Below are positions 31,163 to 45,787 of a stretch of 64,000 bases of DNA, piece by piece. The position numbers were made by a program, and so were the translations under genes. The notes under the pieces were generated by a model, which was not told the origin of the DNA, searched no databases, and saw only the letters and a list, made by a program, of their open reading frames with translations. The stretch is from assembly GCA_051294375.1 (NCBI GenBank), contig CM119266.1, positions 21,953,875 through 22,017,874 on the forward strand, given 5' to 3'. The DNA comes from Paraspadella gotoi (Eukaryota; Animalia; Chaetognatha). Position 1 is the stretch's first letter, and each line of letters opens with the position of its first letter.

Positions 31163-31313
31163 AGAGAGCCATTATTTTCGCATTCGCTTTCCCTCCCTCA
31201 TGTCCTCGCTTTCTGCCTAATTCAATAAAATTTTTATCGCCTTTCTTAATTAATAATTATACTTGTCGGGAAAATTGATGGATCGATGCGAATTTTTTTT
31301 ATTTCATCTCATC

Positions 31314-31359
<46 letters not shown>

Positions 31360-31364
31360 TTCTA

Positions 31365-31398
<34 letters not shown>

Positions 31399-31773
31399 AT
31401 CCTCTCTCTCTCTCTCTCTCTTTTCTCTGTCTCTCTCTTTCTTTCTCTCTGTTTCATAACTCTATCTCCATCCCTCCGCCATCGCTTCTCCCCGCGCTTC
31501 CTCCATTTTTTTTATGATCTCCTTTCCTCCTTCTTTCGTCTGGATGGAACTAAGACAACCCAGCAGCTCCCTTTAATCCCGCCTCGCTGGCGGCGCCGTC
31601 GGCGTTGTCGTCGTGCGGCGCGGCGGCGGCGGCGGCCGTTCCAACTCGTTAAAAAAGAGTTTGCGGCGGCGAAAACTGAACCTTGAGACACGGAGAGAGA
31701 GCGAGAGGAAAGAGGGGAGGAGCGAGGTAATGATGGAAAGGAAAGGCTAAGAGAGAGAGAGAGAGAAAGAGAA

Positions 31774-31812
<39 letters not shown>

Positions 31813-31815
31813 AGA

Positions 31816-31866
<51 letters not shown>

Positions 31867-32376
31867 GAGACTGAGAATGACTTTGAATTTGGGTACGTAT
31901 GAGAAGCGAGCTTTGGGAACGAGACAAATGTACCGGGATAAAAAGGAATCGGGTTAAGATGAGATTCGAAAAAAACAGAACCGAAGACGGAGAGAAATCA
32001 AGGAGATTCGGATCGAGGGTAGGGGTGGGTCGAAGGGAAGGTAAGTGCGGAGGTGAGGCGAAAACTGGCGTAGAAAATGGGATGAAGGGTCAGAGGTGAA
32101 GGAAGGAAGTGAGAAGAAGATGAGGAGGGATATTAGAGAGAATTGATGGGAGGATAGTAGGGAGGTTAGGGAATGGGATAGGGAGGTTGGGTAATGGGTA
32201 ATACGGAGATCCAAGGAGGCAGGGAGGCATGGAAAGAAGGCGTGGAGGCAGGGAGCGTCGGGAAAGGCGGCCAAAAGAATCTCGAGCAAAGAGAGAGAGA
32301 GAAAAAAAGCTGCGTCTGCATCTCAGCTTCTTTGCGTGTCGTTCCATCATGGCCGCCCCCATAGCCGAGCACGAGG

Positions 32377-32465
<89 letters not shown>

Positions 32466-32516
32466 TTCAGTACAAGCACTTAATGAGGGTTTCCAATTCT
32501 ATTTCGAACATCTTTG
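26936..32516 (+). repeat. 5.55-kb tandem duplication, copy 2 (probably an unmerged haplotype or contig overlap)
   Basis: Starts immediately after a 25-N gap; differs from copy 1 mostly by 1-bp indels and microsatellite lengths. Confidence 0.95.
29483..29641 (+). mobile_element. HINE/DINE-like element, copy within the duplicated segment
   Basis: Same structure as 23863-24032. Confidence 0.7.
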
Positions 32517-32720
32517 TTTGCGAATTATCCTAGCGCGTTTTTCCCGCCTCCCTCCCCCCTCTCACGATGATTCCGTTCAAGTTTTAGCTTCGATAATCGA
32601 ATAATCCTCCCATGCGCTTCCGGTTTATTGATCTCGACGGGAAACCGGAACTAGATCCGCGCTTCTCGGCTCAATTTCCTTTTACGCCTTGTAACTTCCG
32701 AACCATTTCTTCTCATATTT

Positions 32721-32773
<53 letters not shown>

Positions 32774-33075
32774 TTCTCTCTTAGTAGATCGCGTTCTCAT
32801 TTTCTATATCTTGTTTTGTCTGTTTCCGTCACTGTTGTTATCTCTCTGTCTTGTTCTCTGTCTTGTCTGTTTTTCGGTCTGTCTCTCATTTTAGTCTTTG
32901 AGTATAAAAAAATATTAATTCTTTTTAAAATAAGTTTACGAGTTCGTTGTGTTGAAAATAGCAAAACGTTATTTTTTTTTTGTTGAACCATCGTAGTCGA
33001 CTTGAAAATACGGTACATATTATATTGGTAACAACAAGACCAAAACCACTATGAAACCTCACGTGTCATCCAGAG

Positions 33076-33740
33076 CTTCCCGCCAAATTGAGGCGGTTTT
33101 CACTCCGAGAAAATTAGCGGGAGATGAATTTCCTCGAAGCCTTTAGGGGGCGGAGGGTTTCCCGCCAAAGTGAACCGAAAAGCGACAATAAGTCAGGGGA
33201 GCAGATGGTACCGTAGTACATATGGCTAAAGATTTAAGCAATCAGTGTTTTTCAAAGTCGAACTCGGCATATTTCTTTCATTAATTGAGGAACTAAATTT
33301 AACCAAAAAATTCCTAAAAACTAATGGTGTAAATATCACAATTGAATTACATTTTTATAAATTTTACCACGTCGAACACAATGGTGTAAAATGATATCAG
33401 TATATAATCTCGAATCACTTCCGGTCGGGCAAGTGAGAACGCTTAAAACGCGTGAATGAATGCTTCAATATATCAATGTTTGTTCAGAAATGTATGGAAA
33501 AGAAGAAGTCCTTTGTACGCATTCTAGTTCAAATTACCGGATCCCATTAGCCTTTCGAGATATATCTTCCCGCCAAACCGCGCAAAAACGGGCCGCTCCA
33601 AATATTTTCCCGCCAAATCGACACCCCCCCCCATGAAAAGTGCAGGAGAATATACATCCCTCAAGCCTTCGACGCCATCGGCGATTCTTTTCCCGCCAAA
33701 AAGTCACGAACCCCGCCAAGATTTTTCTCGCGGGAGATGA
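33076..33740. promoter_or_regulatory. Cluster of E2F-like motifs (TTCCCGCCAAA x5) with an adjacent GC box
   Basis: TTCCCGCCAAA at ~33077, 33159, 33567, 33607 and 33690; GGGCGGAGGG directly precedes the second. Function is inferred only. Confidence 0.4.
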
Positions 33741-34362
33741 AGCTTCTTTTCTTTTTTTCTCGAAATGAGACGTGAAAAGAAAAGTCGCTTAATTGTTTTC
33801 CCTCATCTTTTGTTCGAAATCGAGGAAGCGTGAAAACTTGCGCGATTTTTTCCTCCCGAGGCGATGGAATTTAGAGTCAAAAAAGACAAAAGACGCGGAA
33901 AAAAAATGGAAGATCGAATTAAAAGTTGAAGCTCCAGGGAATCCTGGTCAAAGTCGGGTCTTATAGGAGGGGGGGCTTGGGGGGGTGTGGTGAGGTCATT
34001 GAACTATTGAACCCTTTATTTTAAACTACATTCCTTCACATACTTATTAATATTATACCATGAAATAGAAGTATCGTGAACTCCGATCGATCGATAGTTC
34101 CCCTCTGGACTGGGAATTCGTTTCCCGCGCGGAAGCGAACGCGAGAATTCTCACCAAAATAAGCCTCCCAATTTCGCGCCAAAAATCATCTCCCGACGGC
34201 CGAGATTTGAAACAGGAATTTCGGGGGTTGGCGATGAGGGGGGGGGGTGAAAGAACCATCTGCTCGTGATTTGGAGAAATAATGATAAACGAGGCTTTAA
34301 TCAAGGACCGCATTCATCTCGGGTGGTATTGAGGGAAGGAAAAGCGCGGGAGATGTTTTTGC

Positions 34363-34461
<99 letters not shown>

Positions 34462-34758
34462 CCTTTCCTCCCCCTTAAAAAGTCGCTTATTTTCCTTCTC
34501 TCTCTATTTCCCTATTTCTATCTTTTGTCCGAGATCGAGGGAGCGTTTGCAACTCGAGCCACTTTCCCGCCAGAGGGGGGAGGGGGAGTCGAGATCCCGA
34601 AAGAGGTCTGTAAACAAAAGAAAGAAAGGAAAACAAAAGGAGACGAAAATAGAAACAAAAGAAAGGAAGAGGGCAAGTCGTGACGAGACCGTTCCACTCA
34701 TCTATTTTTTTTATGCGTGGTGGTCTTAACGGTTTTTTTTTTTTGGCTTTCGCGGTTG

Positions 34759-34812
<54 letters not shown>

Positions 34813-34892
34813 CTCTCTCTCTCTCTCTCTCCTCTCTCACTCTCTCTCGGAGAAAGGGTTAATATGGCGGACTCGCACCGAGAAGGCGGCCT

Positions 34893-34930
<38 letters not shown>

Positions 34931-35249
34931 TTTTCTTCTTGTCCGAGCAACGATAAAAAGTTAACTGAAGTTGACTGTTTAATTTTATTAACTGTTATAC
35001 ATTTGAACTAATTAAAGTAAAGTGTAACCTTATTCAATTTATATCTGAAGCATCTCAATGTTTAATTAAGTATAAATATTATTTTAATATGATTAGTATA
35101 AAAATGAATAATCTACTTATTTAAATAAACTAATAAATAATAGAAAGTTGGAAATACTTAACATTTATTTAACTTTAGTTTTATCCTAGTTCAATATGTA
35201 TATGAAATAGGATTATAGTTTGAAATGCGTATACAAACAAATATTAACA

Positions 35250-38100
35250 TTATATATTTATCTGTTTCACTTTGCTGGTTGTATTAAACAACTTGTCGAT
35301 CCAACCTTTTGTTTCTGAAACTTTAAGAGGGGACTTGAGCTTCAACTTATTCAAACCAAATTCCTTACGGCTCAAAGGTCGATTGAATTGGACATTTGAT
35401 ACTCTGTGATTGGAGAAAAGAAATAAAGGAGAAACAGGGATGTGTAAGAGGATAATGTGCCTGTAAAGGAGAAGTTGGCAGAGTTCTGCATGGGAGGATC
35501 TGAAAAGAACTTAAGGGTTTTAGACCTCTTAAGCTGATAAAACTTTTTGGAAATAAATTTATTTGAATTATTCACCAGGATATTTTGGACTCGGGACTGT
35601 GATGCCAGATGAAGATGGAAACTTACTGTCCATCCGCATTCCTTCACCACCCAAAACAACGTCTTGGGTGAACCTTATACCACCATAGACAATTGGATAT
35701 AGTTGGTCTTAAAATCATTGTTGGGAAATTTGCGTAGGAATTAACAGTAAAATTTGAAGAAGTGGTATTGCCCATTTAAGTCAGATGGCCAATGAGTACG
35801 TTCCGCTTTCTAATAAAGGCAATAAGGAAGAAAAGACCTACCATCGCTTATTAGATATTTTCTGGGTGATAAAAACCGACATTCTTATGCGCCCCCATTG
35901 GAGTTGTTCTCCTTGTTGGAAGGCACATTTTTCGTCACTACTTGGTCGGCAGTCCTGTACATGTCTGAATGGACCAGCCATATAGTTCATTAACTGGGTT
36001 AGTATGAGACATTTGTATGCTAGTGAGCGAGCTGCTACAGCTATAGTTATTTCAAGATTATTGATATCACTGCGTTTTTATCCGTCTTTTCTCAACAATG
36101 CAGCTGACAACTTATCGTTCAGTTGCACTCAATACGATTGCGCCGGACCAGTTCGCCAATAAACGGGAATGTCTCTGCGACATCGTCTTTTATAACTCAC
36201 ATGGTGATATTTGTTCCACCCATCAAGTCTCTTCTCAAGTTGACAAAAGAGAGAGCACATGAACCTAAACTTTGAGGGAGGAAAAAAAGGGCGCCCTTGG
36301 ACTAAACTTAAAAAATTAAGAATAAGGTTCATCTCCCCTGAAGAAACATATGTTTTGGGAAACGAAAGCCAATCACGTACTCACCGATTACTGGGCAAGA
36401 ATTCAACATGTGAAACGCATGTTGGTGATCCTTACCCCCCTGTTCCGCTGGGATAAAAACGTGGCTGTCTACAAGACGTTAATCTCATTTTATATAATCT
36501 TAATTTACGGGACTAGAATCCCCATACACAAAAAGGAAGAAAAACGAAAACGTATATTCTGTTCTGAAAAAATGATTATTGGATTCTGATTAATGATGGT
36601 TATTGAAAACGAAAGAGCACAAATAGTCTCTATCTGATGAATTACTCGCGGTATTGCTGTTTTGAAGATAAATGATGATACAAGGTATTCATCTCCCTGA
36701 ACTCCAAGACCATTTCTGGCCAAAATAAAGCTTACAGTCGATTCTCCCTCCATAGTAAAATGGAGGAGGATGGGGTGAATGACCCGTACTACAAGTACCT
36801 TGATAAAAATGAGAGTTTTGCTTAGACTCAACTGATCTTACTATTGTAAGACATCTAACGTGTTCAAATACAACGGTCCAAAACGTCTTATTATAGAATT
36901 TTTGTGAAAGAAAAAGGAGTCACCAAGACAACCACTTGTTACTGTCGATAAGGACTACCTGATTGAAAATCTAATGAAAAATCATAAATTTATCTGGTCA
37001 CTGCCTCTACTTCAGACCACGCTTAAATTAATGGCAATAAATTATTATACGCCTGGTATACATAGAATGTACAAGGATCAAATCAGGCGATGTCACATGT
37101 GTATTACTATAATATGCAAGTAACCCTAAAGGGTTGTCCTTGCATGCTTCCTGTGGGCCCGCCCCCAGATCCTCTCCTTGATCTTTGGGCCCGCTGCCAA
37201 GATCTTCAGGAGCGGGCAGCACCTGCCCTGTTACATCATGAGTGCTGTGATTATTTTACAAGAGAATGTTGTCTGGTTTTCCATGTGGATGCTTCTGCCG
37301 AAAGAAGTAGCCAAAGTTTTCTTTAAAACACTTCATCCCATTGGTTTTGGATTGTGCAGTGGTGGACGGAAAATATGTGGAGACGGAAAACATTGTTTGT
37401 TAAAGTTCTCAGTGCTTGCTGGAGTGAATAGTGAGATAAATGTGATTTAAACATCTCACCTGACGAAAAATGAAAATTTTTGCGGAAGCGTAGTGAGTGA
37501 TTACATCATTAGAAAATTTTACGTCAATTCAATTTTCACTTTTACTTAAATAATAAGCGACCATTTCTTTTGTTTTGTTTTTCTTAATGTTTTCTCTTTA
37601 AGGGCGACCCAGTATAAAATGATATCATAAGCTAAGGGGTCTCATCATTAAAAGGAATTCGAATGGTAATGTCATTAATTTTTCTTCGCGCGGGAAAGTG
37701 GAGAAAAATGCCATCTCCTTGTTGCGATTATCGACACAAGGACCGAGATAATTATTGGTGAAATTTTTCACTTGATCTCCCCTAAATACTGATACCCTCC
37801 ATTCTTCTTACTTCACTGGGAAGTCATTTTCCATAATTTTCGAATTTTTATTTTTTAATGCAGAAAGCTGAAATCTGCGTCCTGGGCTCCTTTAATAAAG
37901 GAAATTTTAATGGTGGTATTACATTATTTCATATGTGCACAGGAAAGTCACACGAAAAAAAACCAGAATCCTCTTTAAAAATTCGAACAAGGATGTATTC
38001 TTTGGTCAACACATTTGATCATGACCCTGTAATACCTTTCGGTTTCCTTGACTCTGTGTCATAACAGATTAAATGTTAGGAGAGATAAAGAGCCGCATCC
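35250..38100 (-). mobile_element. Degenerate DIRS-like tyrosine-recombinase retrotransposon
   Basis: Minus-strand remnants in DIRS order: RT HFTME (36762-36748, cf. HFKME), LYHHL and DRDYLCSF; RNase H DINNLE (36068-36051, cf. HINxLE); YR LHLASQSRVQNIL...FISK (ORF 35372-35659, cf. LALASxxRVSEL...FxxK). Many stops and frameshifts; the ends are approximate. Confidence 0.65.
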
Positions 38101-38764
38101 TTCTTCTCATACTCTGTACTAATGTTAGAGGTTATATTTTGATCAAATTAATGATTTGACCTTTACCAAAGATACCTGAATTAAAATTTTACCATACCAT
38201 ATTTTTTAACAATTCCGTTATTTTTAAATTTTTTTTATTTTTTGAGGAAAAAATAATAATCAGCGTACGAGGTGGCCCGAGACGGAAAGTGATGAACTCA
38301 AATCGTACGGAAAAGACTGGACTAATTCCAACAATAATATGGCTATTTTGAACCTTGAAATCTATTATTTAAAGTAGTAAACAAAGAATGAATAACATTT
38401 AATTACTTTATCCAATTTTTTTAAACAGAAAAACCACTACGGTTAATACGTACATTTGACGTTTCTTCGTCGATAGTTATTGATCGTTGTACTTCATCAT
38501 CGTCGTGGTCTTTGTTCGAATCATTTGAGCTCCCAAAAGCTAACAGCAAGATTACGTTTGCAGGGCTGTTGAATTTGAAAATTGAATTGATTAATTAAAA
38601 TTGAAAATGGCCAATTAATTTTATTCATAATTTTAATCTTTTCTTTTCTCTCTCATCTCTATTCTCACTTCGCTTTTAAAAAAATTTCGTAAAAAAAATC
38701 ATTGGACAAATGTTTACGTGTTTTGTCTTCCATCTTTATTCGCGGTCTTCGTCTTCGCTGGTTC

Positions 38765-38982
38765 GCTTTCCTCTTTGTCGTTGTTTTTGTCTTCTTTGTC
38801 TTTTCGTCGTCGTTTTTGTCTTCCTCTTCGCCGCTTGGTTTTCCTCTTTGTCGTTGTTTTCGTCTTCTTTGTCTTTTCGTCGTCAATTTTTTCTTCCTCT
38901 TCGCTGCGTTTTCCTCTTTGTCGTTGTTTCGTCTTCGTCTTTTGCGTTCGTTCTTTTTTGTCTTCCTCTTCGCCGTCGTTTT
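38765..38982. repeat. ~72-bp pyrimidine-rich tandem repeat, 3 copies
   Basis: tttcctctttgtcgttgttt...tcttcctcttcgc occurs three times. Confidence 0.8.
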
Positions 38983-39411
38983 TTCGTCTCAAATCGATTC
39001 GAAAATTTGAAGTGAGAAAGAAGAGAATCCTCCTCTCGTCGGCGAGGTAAGTTCGCGGGCTTAGTCGCGGATGGGACCAATCTAGATATGTCGCTCCGCG
39101 CTTAGAAAAATCCGAAGAACAAGCGGTTTCTGATAATTTGTTGTCCTAGTAATTTTTTTCACCAGTAGGCAGTAAATTATACAAAACCATGGTGATTCTG
39201 AAACTTGCCAGTGTTTGGGGCTATCTAAACGCACCCGGAACAAAGAAAATCCATAAAGGTTTTTGACTAAAAATACTGAAAATTAAACACGGCGTTATTA
39301 GTCTGAATTCTTTATTAATTTTTTTTTAATTTTGCGCTGTATTTACTGTAAAGCCAAATAATATACAGCGTCATGGCACTTGATTCCGATTCTGTTGGTG
39401 TTAAGCCTAAA

Positions 39412-39442
<31 letters not shown>

Positions 39443-39453
39443 TCTTTCTATCG

Positions 39454-39630
39454 TTTTAGCCGGCATTGCTTATCAGCAGATTCGGCTTATAATTCACTTT
39501 GTTCGGTCGCTACCCATTATCTTGTCTGGTAAGTCACTTATTTCATCTTATAAACATCGGAATTATAGAAAATTATTCCAAAAAATGATGCTATGTCCGT
39601 CCCTCCGTCTGTCCGTCCTTCCCCCTTAGC
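39454..39630 (-). mobile_element. Second, diverged HINE-like element
   Basis: tttt followed by a terminal hairpin AGCCG...CGGCT, then tata, then a (gtcc/gtct)n microsatellite at ~39595-39620. Confidence 0.35.
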
Positions 39631-41016
39631 TTGAAATGCAATTACTCTGTGTGTATGGGGCATTCTGGAAATTTTGTGTGTGTGTAAAAAGTGTGTGATT
39701 AATCAGGAATTAAAGTCTTCGATGAATCGTCCTCGTGGAAGTGAGTTTAATATAATCATCAATTAATTATTAATCAATTAATTAATCAATTAATTAATAT
39801 TCAATTAACTTATAATCTATCAATTGATTTATCAATCAATAAAAATGATTAAATAAGTATTCTAATTTGAATTATTAATCAATATTCAATTAATCATCGT
39901 GATGTTATTTATCGTCTCGTCGTCTCGCCATCATCGTTCGTCGTTGCTTTTGTCGTGCCTCCAGTGAACCTATTCTCTCTCCTTTNNNNNNNNNNNNNNN
40001 NNNNNNNNNNCTCTCTCTCTCTCTCTGTTTTTCTTCTGGTCCGAGCAACGATGGCGCAAACACGAAGGAATCTCATGGTGCAGGAATCTCATGGTGCGGG
40101 GGGAAAAAGGATGGAATCGCAAATCTCACGGAATGATTATATGGAACCGCTGGAATTTCCGCGTTGACGAGGATTCTGAAGAAGATCTATTATTGTGCGC
40201 GAGAGATCTATTACGGCTTTTATGATGCGAACCGAGCCAAGTATGCGAAAAAGAAAGACAACGATGTTTGAAGAATTTCTTCTCTCTCTCTTTCAATGAA
40301 TGCTTCTTGATAATTTATATTCGTAATTATCTTGTTTTATCAAGCGTATTTAATTGGATACTGGAGAGATTAGATTGCCTTAGATTAGATTGCTTTAGAT
40401 TAGATTGCTTTAGATGGGGATTCTTATCATATCTTTAATATTTTGATTATTGAAATTGCAACAATGAAATCGTAGAATATAAAAGACTAATTTCGCAAAG
40501 TCACGGCGCTTGCTTCGCTTGCGATAGAGCTCGTTTAAACAGAGAGAGAGAGAGAGAGGAGACCCGAACCGAGACGAGAGACAGAGACGAGAACGAAGAG
40601 AGCACGACAGAGAAGAGAAGAACGAACGAGACAGAGAGAACGAGAGACGACGAACGAGAGACACAGGACACGAGAGAGAGAAGAGAATGAGACTAACCGC
40701 CAGAAGAAGACGACTCCCCAATACATCAGTGGCCCTAAAATTGGGTGGTATAAATCAAGCGAACTTTTCGCAGTTGACCTGAAATCGAGGAACGAGTCAA
40801 AGTTGCACCATAACAAAGGAGAAAAATTCAAATTCCAGAGCTGAGAGGAAAGAAGTCAAGAAAAAGAAAAATTATCTGTTCTTACGTTAAGTCTACGTTG
40901 GTTTAATGTTTATAAATAACTATTTTCTTCTGAATTTCACTCGACACATAAACATGAACTAAAAACAAAAGACAAAGAAGAAAAGAGGAAGAGAAAAAGA
41001 GAAAAAGAGAGAACGA

Positions 41017-41116
<100 letters not shown>

Positions 41117-41310
41117 AAAAACCCTAAAAAGCCCCACTAACCACGGTCGAACTCCCCCTATGATTGCATCGGCGCCAAATTTCCAGTGACACGCGATTCC
41201 GCCAATTTCGCGGCCACCACCGCCGCCGCCGCCGCCGTCACCGCCGCCACCTCGCGACGAGAAAAAAACAAAAGAAAAGAACATCACGACCTCGAGGGAA
41301 AATATTCCAA

Positions 41311-41424
<114 letters not shown>

Positions 41425-42107
41425 GAAATTATAGACTGACGTCAATACAATGTAATTAAGTAATTATTCAATAATTCATATTCTCTGATGTTCCATGACG
41501 AATTAAGGCATAACGAGATTTACCATAATGACTCTCTCTCTCTCTCTCTCTCTTTCTGTGCCTCTCGTTCTCATTAACAAAAAATGTGGATAAAGCTCGA
41601 TCTCGGTGTACAGTACAGTACATTAAACCTTTTCTGGTCCTGATTAAACCCGAATGGAGATTGGTCATCCGTCCGATAGGCTGGCGGGTGAGTCTAGAGA
41701 TTTGGTCGCGCTGGCGGCAAAGTAACTGATCACAGGGAACGAGTGAGCGGTATTTCACGCTGTAGCAGAAAATGCTTTCCATTGTTGCTCGCTACTCGCT
41801 TGTCCGTTTTTACGAAGAACTGCGCTACTAAACAGCTTGCGGTCGTCCATTTTAAACTGATCGAATTACGAAATTGCTCTTCGTTTCAGAAACGCGATTC
41901 TAAAAAAAAAAAAGCAGAAAAGAATTTCTTTTCTTTTTTCTTATTTCCTCTTTTTTTTCCCTTAGTTCGCGAGCTTTTATGTGTCAGTGAACCTTTGAAT
42001 CGAATCATTGATAAAAGGCGTTTTAGAAAAAGGGAAACCTGGGGGGGGGGCAGGGGGAGGAGGAGAAAGGAGCGGAAAAAACACAGTCTAGACTCTTTTT
42101 CTTTGTC

Positions 42108-42138
<31 letters not shown>

Positions 42139-42705
42139 AAAGAGAAAGAGAAAGAGAGAGAGAGAGAGAGAGAAATGGAACCGGAGGTCTTTGTTGTCTG
42201 GAACGATCTTGCCGCGAGGGCAAGTAAAGTGAGGTGGTCAGTTGCGTTGAGAAGTTCGGATATTTTAGCGTCTGTGGTGCACGATGACGGAGAAGAAAAC
42301 TCGTAGTTTACTGTAAATCAAGCCAAGGTTGTTATCCTCGGACTCTTAATCACCGAGAGAAAAAAAAATGAAAATTAAGATTTAAATTGAATTAGAATTG
42401 AACGAGGCTCTTTTGTTGCTCGACATTTAATTCGGACAACAGAGACGTTAACGATCGAAAATTTTTTTTTTGGTTCAAAAAAATTTGTTTTTTTCTTGAC
42501 AAGAATCTTGTCTTTGTCTCAAAATTTCTTTGTCTTCGACGAGTCATTTCTTTGTCCCTCGCCCGCTCCCCCTTCCGTCCATCGTTTGACCATTACGCCG
42601 TCGCAAAGAAGCCAAGATCCTTTTTGCCTTACATTTGGCCTGGATGACTTACTTTTTTATGAGACGGATTCCCTTGACTTACTTTCTCTTTCTTTCTCTT
42701 TATAG

Positions 42706-42745
<40 letters not shown>

Positions 42746-43290
42746 ACTCTCCTCCTCTCTCTCTCTCTCTCTCGTCTCTCTCTCTCTCTCTCTCTCTCGT
42801 ATCCATCTCTCCATCTCATAATCTTCTCATCGTCTGATTAACCCTCGGCGGGAGTGTGACGATAAGTCTTTGAGTTTTACCCTCTCAGGGCGACAGATTG
42901 AAAGTACATAAATTTAAGAGGACCGATTCCTACTTAACTAAAATCGTCTCGTTCTCACTCGGGAACAATAATATGGTTTAATATGCTTTCTTTCAAGTAG
43001 AGAATTTAAATATATTTAGAGGCGAAAATCTTTTTATGTCGATCGCAAGAAAAAAAAGAGCCGAACTCCGATCGAAGATTCAAAGAGTTTTTTTCGAAAA
43101 TAACTTTTTGATGAATCATTTACAGACGTATTTCCACAAAAATGTTGCTTAGTTCAGGTCAGAAAAATAAATTGAAATTAAACTAAAGAGAAGAAAGAAA
43201 AGCCAGTTGGTAAGAACGAAAGAAAGAACGAAAGAAATAAAAAAAGTAAGAAAGAAAGAAAGAAAGAACAGCCAGACTAAAAGCGCAATA

Positions 43291-43386
<96 letters not shown>

Positions 43387-43769
43387 AAAAGGGATTCGCG
43401 GTTAGGAAATGATTGGTTTTGTTGAGCGAAAGGGTTAATCGTTGCCCCGCAGATGTTTTGGCGGACGAAGCGAAAAGTGGATGAGTCGATCCACGACGGA
43501 ATTCGGCCAAAAGTCGGATCACAAGTTGGAATACGATTTCCACTCTCCAGTATATTTCGAATCTGCGTTAGGTTGAATTAAATTTTTAGGTTTACGTTGA
43601 AATGCTTCAACGTTCAAAGCTTGTTAAAACAATTTTACGTGTTTTCCCTCTTTCTTTCTTTTGTTTCATTAGGTTTCTTTCTGGCTTACTTTTCTATTTC
43701 GCTTCATTGTTTTTATCTGACTTTTTTTTACCTTCCTTTTTTATTTCCTTTTTTTCTTCTTCTTTTTCT

Positions 43770-43862
43770 TATCCATTTCTTTTTCTAATCCATTTCTTTT
43801 TCTAATGCATTTCTTTTTCTAATCCATTTCTTTTTCTAATCCATTTCTTTTTCTAATCCATT
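43770..43862. repeat. 17-18-bp minisatellite (atccatttctttttcta) x5
   Basis: Directly visible. Confidence 0.8.
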
Positions 43863-43956
43863 TTTAATCTCCGTCGTTGAATTCGTCCATTTCCATATTT
43901 TTATCGTCATCATCGTCGACCCAAAATCCGAAACTTGTCCCTATTTTTTCATGCAG

Positions 43957-44072
<116 letters not shown>

Positions 44073-45075
44073 TATTCCCGACGTTTTTGCTCCATCGATT
44101 TTTTTTTCGTTGGCATTTTTTTTTTCATGGTGATCGGTATTGTTTGGTGGGTCTCAAGGTTTTTTCTTTAGATTACCGAGAGCGAGAGAGAGAGAGACTG
44201 ACAGAGAGAGAGAGAGAGGCTTTGAAAGGGGCGTTTCAAAGACGGTGGTTGAATAACTTATGTCCTCGCATCGACTCTATCGGTGGCGGTCGAGAAAAAA
44301 AAAAACCACTCTGGTTTTGACCGCAATTTATTTGTTGTTATTTTTCTAGAAAATTTATGTTGTTGTTCGCCTTTTTAAACAAAAGGCTCGCGAAATGAGA
44401 GAGAAAAAGACATTTCGATTGCGTCATTTTGAAAGGCAACGAGAAATTCGCGAGTCGGCGAATAAATTTGAGCGAAAGGGAAGCGACGAGCGAGTTTATT
44501 TACAAACAATTCATTTTCAATTTTAATACCGAGTGAGACGAATACACGGACGCCGACGTTAGGGGGCGCGTCGGTAATCGTTAAAACGCAGCCTTTCACG
44601 ATTTACGATCCTTTTTTGAAAAATTGTGGGAAAAACTATAGTTGATAAAACGTAGCGCGAGTGAGCATGAATCAGATGTCACTAAAACTGGGAGAGCGAT
44701 ATCGCATCTTCCACGGAACAAGTAGGAACATGACAACGAGACAACAAGACAACCAGCTCTCGAACCGCGTTACGATTGAACATTGACCCTTAAATGCCCT
44801 CGACCTGGATTCATGACCAGCATCCGCCGATTTACGCCCCCAACCCCCGAAATGGAATCACTTCCACCCCTCGTCGACCGAGAGGCGAAGGCGTCGCGGC
44901 GACGATTCGTCCAACGTCGTTTCTGTCTGCGACTTTCGACGCAAAACGAAGCTGACGCCAGTTCCAGGGCGGAAATCGAGTTACTGGGCTCTCTCTCTCT
45001 CTCCTCTCATGCTCTCATCTCTCGTTTTCTCTCATCTCTGCTCTCTCTCTGTCTCTCGTCCCCCCCTAGTCTCTC

Positions 45076-45112
<37 letters not shown>

Positions 45113-45192
45113 TTTACAGGCCACTTCGTTCCCGATGCTACTTTTGTGTTTATCGCAAATTTTTTTTAAAGCGACAGGGAGGGAAAAAGGAA

Positions 45193-45224
<32 letters not shown>

Positions 45225-45787
45225 TGAGAGAAAACGTTGTCTCGCTTGCGCGTATTTTACTCCACATTTCCTTCTCATTTTCATGGATTCCTATTCGTGA
45301 TTCCGTCGCATCTCATTTTCTTTTTCTTTTTTTTAGTTCGTGAGTTCGTTCACCGACGGCGAAACACGTGACTGTTATCTAGTTTTTTTGTTTCTCTTGC
45401 GGAAAAAAAAAATAAATAAATAAAAGAAAGAAAGAAATAAGAATGAAATAAAGAAAGAAAGTGATAGTGAGCGGAGAACGATTTTTTTTTTTCTCGCTTG
45501 GTCGTCCCAAAACTAATTTTACTTTACATTTCATTCCTTATTATACTTTGGACTTTCCTCATATAATCAACGTGACAATAATTATCTCCCGACTCACCTA
45601 CCTTTTCATCATTCACTCTACCTCCCAACGTACCTTCAACCACCGCCCCCCCTAGGGTGAGTCATATGCCAAAAGTTTTTTGGATCGCAAAGAACATCTA
45701 ACACAAAACGGGTGGGCCTAAAAAAATAGGTTTCCACCAATCACTACTCAAATTGATTGAACACCCTTAGCGCTACCACCGCTTGAA

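Noticed and set aside
42838-43438. piggyBac-like ends TTAACCCT...AGGGTTAA
   Set aside because: Complementarity does not extend inward beyond CCCT, so it is probably chance.
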